Origin: Candidatus Obscuribacteraceae bacterium | GTDB taxonomy: Bacteria > Cyanobacteriota > Vampirovibrionia > Obscuribacterales > Obscuribacteraceae | Direction: 5' to 3' | NCBI GenBank assembly: GCA_044226015.1 | Contig: JBGAHS010000007.1 | Coordinates: 96,001-160,000, forward strand | DNA length: 64,000 nt | Shown: piece by piece, positions 28,090 to 35,915 of the stretch | How the letters are laid out: the number at the start of each line of letters is the position of its first letter | Numbering within the stretch: position 1 is the stretch's first letter | The notes under the pieces: generated by a model | Databases searched by the model: none | What the model was told of the DNA's origin: nothing | The model's input: only the letters and a program-made list of their open reading frames with translations | Made by a program: the position numbers and the translations under genes

Positions 28090-29187
28090 GTGAAGTCATT
28101 GTTTCTCCAGGCTGTCCTTCTGGCTGCGGGGACTTCTGTGTTATTGCCGCAACTGGTGCAGGCTGACCCCTGTCCAACTTGCCCGAAACGTGGGCCAGGG
28201 CTCGACCCTTATTCGACAGGAAATTCCTACAATCCGCTGGCGGCGCCATCTTTGCAGGGTGGTACCAACACGACAACTCTTCAAGCAGGTACTGGCTCTA
28301 CCACCCTTCAGGTCGGAACTGAGCAGACCTTGCTGCAGACCGGTACAACGGGCACTCTGCTGCAAGCAAATGTTCAACGTGATTCAAACCCCGTGAGCAT
28401 TCTGTTTTTGATTGACTCATCTAACAGTATGCGCGAAAAAATTCCAGGCACAGCTGGCGATAAAGACCCGAAAATGGAAGCCGCTAAGAAGGTTTTGCAA
28501 GAAGCGATTTCTCGAATTCCAAATGATGTCAGCCTTGGCTTGCGAGTATTTGGAAATAGCTTTAGAGGCGATTTCAGTGATTGTCAACAGTCAACACTTC
28601 TTGTGCCGATTCAGAAGAACAATCGGCGAGCCATAATTGAAGCAGCAAGAGGCATGATGCCTTACGGGTTAACGCCTTTGACTTATGCTTTGATGCAGGC
28701 TGAGCAAGACTTGCGCTATATTCAGGGGCAGAAGACTGTGATTCTGATATCTGACGGTGCTGAAACTTGCGGTGGAGACCCTTGTGCTTATATCGATCGG
28801 CTTTCTCGAATCGGCGTGAAAATGAAGATCGATATAGTTGGGCTCGGGCTGCGTAAGGACAAGGGCGCACAAGAGCAATTGAATTGCATAGCGCAAAAAT
28901 CTGGTGGCAAATATTATGATGCAAATTCTTCTGGTGAGTTAATCGATAGTATCACCAATAGTGTCAAGCAAGCTATTAGTGGTAAGGTGATTATTCGACT
29001 TGATTCACCAAAAATTCTGGATGGTGTGCCGGCAGACTTCGCCTTGCCCGGCGACAAGCCAGCTTCGGTGAAACCCGTCAGCCCCATTAAGCCAGAGACG
29101 GAAGAAACGAAGACGCAATTGAAGATGGATAAAAAGCCTGACGAAAAGCTTCCAGGCAAGCGCATTCCACTTGATGAGAATCCCTAG
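28090..29187 (+). CDS. Secreted VWA domain protein
   Basis: MIDAS residues in DSSNSM, GLTPL and ISDG; TTLQ repeats; GTG start assumed at 28090. Confidence 0.88.
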   Translation: MKSLFLQAVLLAAGTSVLLPQLVQADPCPTCPKRGPGLDPYSTGNSYNPLAAPSLQGGTNTTTLQAGTGSTTLQVGTEQTLLQTGTTGTLLQANVQRDSNPVSILFLIDSSNSMREKIPGTAGDKDPKMEAAKKVLQEAISRIPNDVSLGLRVFGNSFRGDFSDCQQSTLLVPIQKNNRRAIIEAARGMMPYGLTPLTYALMQAEQDLRYIQGQKTVILISDGAETCGGDPCAYIDRLSRIGVKMKIDIVGLGLRKDKGAQEQLNCIAQKSGGKYYDANSSGELIDSITNSVKQAISGKVIIRLDSPKILDGVPADFALPGDKPASVKPVSPIKPETEETKTQLKMDKKPDEKLPGKRIPLDENP

Positions 29188-29307
29188 TCCGCTTACGCTG
29201 CATATTGATGCTGTTGCATACTGCTGGGTTTCGCAAGCTGGCACAACGCAAATTTCACGCTAAAGCGGGTAAGATTTGCTTGTGGCATATATTTTCCTGG
29301 AGGTCTC

Positions 29308-29691
29308 ATGAAAAGACAGGTTCTAGCTGTTGCTATTGGTCTCTGTTCGGTTTTTAGTGTTGGCGCGAGTTACGCCGCACATGACGCAAAGACGTGCTCT
29401 ACGACGTGTAAAGACTGCGCTGATGTCTGTCAAAAAGCTCTCGATTACTGCACAAAAAAAGGTGGCGCTCACGCAAAGGCTGCTCACGTCAACCTATTAA
29501 AGGATTGCATCACTATGTGCAAGACCAATTCTGAATTGCGCGGACGTGGGTCGAAAGTAGCTGATGAAACCTCCAAAATTTGCGCTCAGCTCTGCACCGA
29601 TTGCGCCAAGTCTTGTGAGGACTTGAAAGATTCCAAGCTGAAAGATTGTGTTGCCAGCTGCAAGTCCTGCGCTGATTGTTGTAGCAACTAA
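29308..29691 (+). CDS. Cys-rich four-helix-bundle copper storage protein (Csp/DUF326-like)
   Basis: GGAGG RBS; signal peptide; 16 Cys in CxxxCxxC-type helical repeats. Confidence 0.85.
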   Translation: MKRQVLAVAIGLCSVFSVGASYAAHDAKTCSTTCKDCADVCQKALDYCTKKGGAHAKAAHVNLLKDCITMCKTNSELRGRGSKVADETSKICAQLCTDCAKSCEDLKDSKLKDCVASCKSCADCCSN

Positions 29692-29797
29692 TCTTCACGC
29701 TTATTCAAATTAACAAGCAGTTCAAACATTAAACGGAAACTTCCTGTAAAGTCATCGCGTTCCTGTTTCACGCGTCGATGACGGAAGGACCTTTTCC

Positions 29798-31894
29798 ATG
29801 TCTGCAAAGTTGATTAATCGAGCCGCGCTGAGCAAGTCGCTCAGTTCGGCTCTTATCTTGTCAATACTCTTGCCTCTGGCTGCAAGGGCAGATGAGGGTA
29901 TGTGGCTTTTCAACAATCCGCCGCTGAAAATTCTACAAAGCAAATACAAATTCGAGCCCAACGCTGGTTGGATGGAGCATTTGCAAAAGTCATCTGTGCG
30001 TTTCAATAGTGGTGGCTCTGGAAGTTTTGTTTCATCGAATGGTCTGGTGATGACTAACCACCACGTTGGTGCAGATTCCCTGCAGAAGCTCAGCCCGCCC
30101 GGGAAAGATTATTTGAACACTGGCTACTATGCCAAAACTAATTCCGACGAATTGAAATGTCCCGACCTCGAATTGAATGTTCTAATGGAAATAGAAGATG
30201 TCACCGCGAAGGTAAATGCAGCGGTGACAGAAGGCATGGCGGCTGCAGATGCGCAGAAAGCTCGTCGTGCCGCGATGAACACCATCGAAAAAGAATCGTT
30301 GGACAAAACAGGCTTGCGAAGCGACGTTGTGACTCTTTATCAGGGAGGACAATATCAGCTCTACAAGTTCAAAAAATATACTGATGTGCGTCTTGTTTTC
30401 GCTCCTGAAAAAGATATCGCATCATTCGGTGGTGACCCAGACAACTTCGAATACCCTCGATATGACCTGGACATTTGCTTCTTCCGTGTCTATGAAAATG
30501 GCAAGCCGGCAAAGATTCAACATTATTTGAATTGGAGCAAAGATGGTGCCGCCGATGGTGAATTGGTTTTTGTGTCGGGGCATCCTGGAAGTACAAATCG
30601 TTTGAACACAGTCAATCATCTCGTTTTCATTCGCGATGTTCTAATGCCATATAGATTGAATGACCTCGCTCGTCTTGAAGTTTTGCTGAAGACATATAGT
30701 GATCGCAAAAGTGAAAACGCACGACAGGCACAAGAAGATTTGCTTGGTGTACAAAATAGCAGAAAGGCGCGCCTGGGCGGTTTAGCTGGCTTGCAAGACC
30801 CCGCGTTAATTGCACAGAAAGCAAAGTCCGAACAAGAGCTTCGTGCTGCAGTAGCGAAGGATGATAAATTGGTTCGTGAGTGTGGAACCGCATGGGATGA
30901 GGTTGACTCTGCCTTAAAAGTGTGGAAAGACATCTTCATCGACCATCGCTTGTATGAAGCGCACACAGCGTTCAACTCAAGATTATTTGATATCGCGCGC
31001 ACCCTGGTGAGACTCTCGGAAGAATCTCAGAAACCCAATGCCGACAGGCTGCGTGAGTACAGAGAGTCAAATCTTGACTCTCTCAAGCTTGAGTTGCTTT
31101 CTGATGCGCCCATCTACCCTGAATTGGAAGTGACAACGCTCGCCAACTCACTCAGTATGCTCATGCAGGTCAAAGGCGGCGACAATGAGTTAGTGAAGAA
31201 AATATTGGATGGAAAGTCGCCGCAAGAGCGCGCAAGTGAATTGATTCGCCAGAGCAAATTGATTGAGGTCAGCGAAAGAAAGCGTCTTTCTGGAGAAAAA
31301 GATGCCGTTGCAAATTCCAAGGACCCTCTTATTGAATTCGCGAAGATGATTGACCCCACGGCAAGAGACTTGCGAAAAATGTACGAGCAAAAAGTGGAAG
31401 AAGGGCTTCGGCAGGCTTACGCCAAAATAGCAAAGGCGAAGTTCTCTATTCAGGGAACTAGCCAATACCCTGACGCTACATTCACCTTACGTTTAGCCTT
31501 TGGTGAAGTTAAGGGCTACAAGGAGTCCGGCACTGATGTGCCGCCATTCACAACTCTGGCAGGAACCTACGAACACGCTGCTGAGCACGGTAATCAGAAA
31601 CCGTTCGAGTTGCCACCATTGTGGATCAAGAAGAAGGACAAAATCGCTGGCAAGACTCCATTTAATTTCGTTTCCACTGCTGACATTATCGGAGGTAATT
31701 CGGGAAGTCCTGTAGTAAACACGAATGGCGAACTTGTTGGCATCATATTTGATGGCAACATTCAATCGTTGGTTTTGGACTTTGCTTACACTGATGTTCA
31801 GGCACGTGCTGTGTCTGTACATTCCAGCGCCATAAGGGAATCGCTTCAAAACGTCTATGAGGCAAAGGAACTAGTTGACGAATTAGGCCATTAG
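29798..31894 (+). CDS. S46 family dipeptidyl-peptidase
   Basis: ADEGMW N-terminus, MTNHHV, GGDPDNFEYPR, DIIGGNSGSP, FDGN. Confidence 0.95.
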   Translation: MSAKLINRAALSKSLSSALILSILLPLAARADEGMWLFNNPPLKILQSKYKFEPNAGWMEHLQKSSVRFNSGGSGSFVSSNGLVMTNHHVGADSLQKLSPPGKDYLNTGYYAKTNSDELKCPDLELNVLMEIEDVTAKVNAAVTEGMAAADAQKARRAAMNTIEKESLDKTGLRSDVVTLYQGGQYQLYKFKKYTDVRLVFAPEKDIASFGGDPDNFEYPRYDLDICFFRVYENGKPAKIQHYLNWSKDGAADGELVFVSGHPGSTNRLNTVNHLVFIRDVLMPYRLNDLARLEVLLKTYSDRKSENARQAQEDLLGVQNSRKARLGGLAGLQDPALIAQKAKSEQELRAAVAKDDKLVRECGTAWDEVDSALKVWKDIFIDHRLYEAHTAFNSRLFDIARTLVRLSEESQKPNADRLREYRESNLDSLKLELLSDAPIYPELEVTTLANSLSMLMQVKGGDNELVKKILDGKSPQERASELIRQSKLIEVSERKRLSGEKDAVANSKDPLIEFAKMIDPTARDLRKMYEQKVEEGLRQAYAKIAKAKFSIQGTSQYPDATFTLRLAFGEVKGYKESGTDVPPFTTLAGTYEHAAEHGNQKPFELPPLWIKKKDKIAGKTPFNFVSTADIIGGNSGSPVVNTNGELVGIIFDGNIQSLVLDFAYTDVQARAVSVHSSAIRESLQNVYEAKELVDELGH

Positions 31895-32010
31895 ATTTTA
31901 CCTTCTCCTTACAGCATTCACAACCTTCTAACAATTTGCTTCGCTATCATCTCTCTCGTTAGATGAAAGTTGAATATGTATTAGCGTATTAGCAACCAGA
32001 AGGAGGATGT

Positions 32011-32856
32011 ATGCTTTCTAGGTCAACGATCAAAGCGTTCGTATTCAATAAAGTATTTGCAGCAGGTGCATGTTCGATTGCTTTGCTCAGCATTGGACAA
32101 AATGCAGTTGCTGCGGGCTCTGCACCGGACGACTTTTTCAAGAAAGACTTCATTGCAGGAAAACTAAAGGGCTATGACCATGCTTGTTTTGAAATGCTTG
32201 ATTGCAAGTCAGGAAAAGTTTTTCGCTACAACGATGAGCAATGCAAGAAAAGAGTTGCTCCCATGTCAACATTCAAAATCTTCAATTCCCTGGCGGGTCT
32301 TGAATCAGGAGTCTTGAAAGACGAAAACCATTTCATGAAGTGGGATGGTCAGAAGCGTTGGATTAATTCATGGAATCAAGACCAGACGCTACAATCAGCC
32401 GTGACAAATTCTTGTGTCTGGTATTTTCAGAAAGTAGCTTCTGGTGTAGGTGAAGAGCGGATGCAAAAATATATCAATGCCGTTCACTATGGAAATGAAG
32501 ACATCAGCGGTGGTATCACTGAATTTTGGCTGAACAAGTCATTGAAGATATCTGCCGATGAGCAGGTTAGCTTTATCAAACGACTCTACTTCGATGAACT
32601 GCCGTTTTCAAAGCGATCGATGAAGATTGTTAGGAAGCTAATTGAGGTGAAGAAAACTGAGAAAGGAGAGCTTCATGGAAAAACTGGCACTGATATGGAA
32701 AACGATAAGGAAACACTTGGATGGTTTGTTGGATACGTGGTTCATGAGGGCAGACCTTACGTCTTCGCGACTAATTTGCAAGCCAGTGATGGTGCGTTCG
32801 GAAAGAAGGCGCGTGAAATAACAGAATCCATTCTGGAAGACGCAGGCTTGTTGTAA
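32011..32856 (+). CDS. Class D (OXA-like) beta-lactamase / penicillin-recognising serine hydrolase
   Basis: Signal peptide; STFK, SCV, YGN, FWL..SLKIS, KTG and GWFVG motifs in canonical order. Confidence 0.9.
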   Translation: MLSRSTIKAFVFNKVFAAGACSIALLSIGQNAVAAGSAPDDFFKKDFIAGKLKGYDHACFEMLDCKSGKVFRYNDEQCKKRVAPMSTFKIFNSLAGLESGVLKDENHFMKWDGQKRWINSWNQDQTLQSAVTNSCVWYFQKVASGVGEERMQKYINAVHYGNEDISGGITEFWLNKSLKISADEQVSFIKRLYFDELPFSKRSMKIVRKLIEVKKTEKGELHGKTGTDMENDKETLGWFVGYVVHEGRPYVFATNLQASDGAFGKKAREITESILEDAGLL

Positions 32857-32923
32857 GTTCGATCACCCAGCAACTCTGCGAATGGAAGAGGCCTTTCGCA
32901 TTGTGGTTGAGTGCGCATAACAG

Positions 32924-32956
32924 ACGGAGATTCACAAGCGTGAATCTCCGTTTTCT
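32924..32956 (+). terminator. Intrinsic terminator
   Basis: ACGGAGATTCAC-AAGC-GTGAATCTCCGT followed by TTTCT. Confidence 0.75.
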
Positions 32957-32970
32957 TAGCTTGCATCCTG

Positions 32971-33190
32971 CACCGGATCCCGACTGAGTTTGCAACCCGC
33001 TGGTATCGGATCCTGCGAGAGCCAACATCCTGCTGTATCGGATCCTTCATGAGCTAACATCCTATATCGGATCCTGCAAGCGCTAACATCCTATATCGGA
33101 TCCTGCAAGCGCTAACATCCTACCGGTATCGGATCCTGCGAGAGCCGACAACCTGCTGATACCGGATCATGCGAGCGCTAACATCCGTCT
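32971..33190. repeat. Degenerate tandem repeat of 29-33-bp units (TATCGGATCCTGCRAGMGCTAACATCCT)
   Basis: Units start at about 32971, 33004, 33036, 33065, 33094, 33127 and 33160. Confidence 0.92.
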
Positions 33191-33200
33191 GGCATTGTAC

Positions 33201-33563
33201 TTATCCGGCATTACTAGCAGGCTTACAGGTCTTTTGCACTCCAAGCACTTTGTTTGCAGTCACATCAGTAGTGAGAAGTTCCTGGAAAATTGTCTTGCCT
33301 TCTTTTGTTCGAATGTTCACGCCTTCAAAAGCAAATTCGTGTTTTGATTTCGGGTCGGTGCCTTTCTCATTTACATGCTCGAAGCTCAGGCGATTGTTCT
33401 CGCGAGATTTCGCTTCTTGCTCGATTTTATCGATGATGCTCATTTGCCCTTTGAAGTCTTTGTTTAAGAGCTGAAATGCTTCGTCAAAAAGCAATCTGCA
33501 TCCATCGTCGCTTTTCTCCATTTTGTCGACTACTGCTTTTACGTCTACTTCTTTGTGTTCCAT
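33201..33563 (-). CDS. Hypothetical protein
   Basis: 120-aa ORF with AGGGGG RBS and plausible globular composition. Confidence 0.65.
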   Translation of the reverse strand: MEHKEVDVKAVVDKMEKSDDGCRLLFDEAFQLLNKDFKGQMSIIDKIEQEAKSRENNRLSFEHVNEKGTDPKSKHEFAFEGVNIRTKEGKTIFQELLTTDVTANKVLGVQKTCKPASNAG

Positions 33564-33800
33564 AATGCGCGTCCCCCTGACATTCGCTGAAGGAACTATA
33601 AGTGCGTGTGATTGCAGGTGTCAAAGACTTACGTCAACTCTATTGGCGTATCCACGAAGAAATTGAGAATTGTTGGGCCGTAATTTGTCGGAGAACTTAT
33701 AAACGAGCGTGAGTTGTTTCTTGTGATTAGAGGGATCTTGCTTGCGCAAAATCCCTCTATCGCGAGTCTATTTTTGCTACCGATGCGTTCCCAGATGGAA

Positions 33801-35357
33801 CTACTGAATGGTCACCTGGTTGCTCTTCATCGTGTCTTGAATTGACTTGCACATCTGGTCGGCGTAAGGCTCATATGCCTTGGTTACGACACGTGGGCAA
33901 ACCCCAAGAAGAACGATGAAAACACTCAGTGACAATGCAACAACTCTTTCGGTCATATTCATGTCGCTGAGATGACCCATCCACTTCTGTTGTTCTGGTC
34001 CGTAGAATAGTCTCTTCACAAGCCAGAGCATATAACCAGCTGAGAGAATAACTCCCGACGCTGCAAACCAGCATGCGAAGCGAACCATGTTCGGGTCTGC
34101 TGCGATGCCTGGCGTAGCCATTGGCGAGGTGTAGGTTCCGTAGAAAATAACGACTTCTGCCACAAACCCTGCAAGTCCAGGCAAGCCTAAATTCGCCATT
34201 GCAGCAAGCAGCCAGAAGTAGAAGATGAATGGCATTTGTTTCGCCAGACCGCCGCCGATTTCACGCAAGTCTCTTGTGTGGCAACGCTCGTATACGCAGC
34301 CAACTAGGAAGAACAGTGCGGCTGAAATTACGCCGTGGCTGATCATCTGGAATATTGCACCATTGAGTGCGGCTGCCGACATAGCGCCGACTCCTATCAG
34401 TACGAAGCCCATGTGGCTCACCGATGAGAATGCGATGATTCTCTTCATGTCGGTTTGCACCAGACATGCGACGGCTCCCCAAACTACGTTGAACGCGCCC
34501 AGCAGAATTACGTAAGGACCCCAGCTGGTCATGACTTCAGGGAAGAAGCCAAGGCAGATGCGAACCAAACCGTAGCAACCCATCTTCAACAACAAACCGG
34601 CAAGAATCATTGACACCGGAGTTGGTGCTTCAACGTGAGCGTCGGGCAACCATGTATGGAATGGGAATGATGGCAACTTGATAATGAAAGCGAGGAAGAA
34701 GCCGAGGCAGGCGAGCGCTTGCGCTGGTCGCATCAGTGAGCTTCCTTGCTTAGCAAGCTCGATCATGTCGAATGTCGGAGTTATGCCGTTTACATGCATT
34801 TGGAAGTAAAGGTAGAGAAGTCCGCCGAGCATTAACACACCGCCAAAGAATGTGTACAGCAAGAACTTCATCGCGGCGTAGTCCCTGTTTGGACCACCCC
34901 AGATTGCAATCAAGAAATACATTGGTACGAGTTCCAATTCATACATAATGAAGAATTGGAGCAGGTCTAGTGAAACGAACACGCCCATTATGGAGAGCGT
35001 CAGTAGCATAAGCATGCTGTAGTAAAGTCGCGGTCGTTTTTGACCTATGTTTTGGCTGGCTAATACCGCCATAAACATGATGAACGCTGTGAGCACCACA
35101 AGGCAAAGACTCATTCCGTCTAACCCGACGTGATAGTTCACAGGGAAGGGTGAGCTTATCCAGTTCACTTTGTGCACAAACTGCATTTCAGGATTGTGCG
35201 GGTTGTAGGAAGCTGCGAGCTTGAGTGAAATCAAGCACATCAAGCCTGTGATGTATCCTGCCGCGCCCCGTGATGCTGTCGAAGGCATCAATCCGATCAG
35301 CAATGTGCCGATGAATGGCAGGAATAAAAGGAATGTCAGAAGTAAATTGTCCGGCAC
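33801..35357 (-). CDS. ndhD: NADH-quinone oxidoreductase subunit M (NdhD/NuoM)
   Basis: GLDGMS, YELELVPMYFLIAIWGG, PFHTWLPDAHVEAP, LLKMG, SSVSHMG, GLPGLAGF..E. Confidence 0.95.
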   Translation of the reverse strand: MPDNLLLTFLLFLPFIGTLLIGLMPSTASRGAAGYITGLMCLISLKLAASYNPHNPEMQFVHKVNWISSPFPVNYHVGLDGMSLCLVVLTAFIMFMAVLASQNIGQKRPRLYYSMLMLLTLSIMGVFVSLDLLQFFIMYELELVPMYFLIAIWGGPNRDYAAMKFLLYTFFGGVLMLGGLLYLYFQMHVNGITPTFDMIELAKQGSSLMRPAQALACLGFFLAFIIKLPSFPFHTWLPDAHVEAPTPVSMILAGLLLKMGCYGLVRICLGFFPEVMTSWGPYVILLGAFNVVWGAVACLVQTDMKRIIAFSSVSHMGFVLIGVGAMSAAALNGAIFQMISHGVISAALFFLVGCVYERCHTRDLREIGGGLAKQMPFIFYFWLLAAMANLGLPGLAGFVAEVVIFYGTYTSPMATPGIAADPNMVRFACWFAASGVILSAGYMLWLVKRLFYGPEQQKWMGHLSDMNMTERVVALSLSVFIVLLGVCPRVVTKAYEPYADQMCKSIQDTMKSNQVTIQ

Positions 35358-35623
35358 CTTAGTAAAGACCTCTTGTGTTCACTTGACCACCGCAAAATTG
35401 CGCGGTTTCAAAGTGGTTTGAGTTCGTTTCAGAGCAAAAATAACCGAAACAGTATAGCGATTTCAGTAAATATTTCAGGACTCTTCCAGTCCCAGGCACT
35501 CAATTTTGGCGCCTTCATCGGCGGTGCCCTTATCAGCACTGCATTGAACTGCCTGAAGGTCGTGCGTATAAATGTTTTTCAGATTTAAGAAGGTATTCTC
35601 TTGCTAACTGAAAGATATAGAAA

Positions 35624-35715
35624 CAGGACTTTTTCTCTTGTCATTTGCTTGAGATTGAAGAATTGTTGAAACCCAGAATAATTTCAACTAAACCTTTCTG
35701 AGCGAAAAAGTCCTG
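35624..35715. promoter_or_regulatory. Nested inverted repeat in the ndhD-ndhF divergent intergenic region
   Basis: CAGGACTTTTTC (35624-35635) / GAAAAAGTCCTG (35704-35715); inner GTTGAAA (35665-35671) / TTTCAAC (35682-35688). Confidence 0.5.
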
Positions 35716-35915
35716 GCAAAAAACTCTCTTTAGCTCACCAGCGCAAGCAAAGTCAGGTCTTGGCAAATCTCCCGGAAGTGGCTTTTCAAGCTGATTGCAA
35801 CTGATCATGCATGCAGCACTTAAAGCCGCTGAAATTGTATATTGTTGGGTTTTAGTAGTTCGCGAAATCTATTCGCCGATCGATATTTGTCAGTACCCAT
35901 TGCGGAGATACTCCC

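Noticed and set aside
32971..33190. CRISPR array
   Set aside because: Units are contiguous with no unique spacers and no cas genes lie in the window; the same applies to 522-654.
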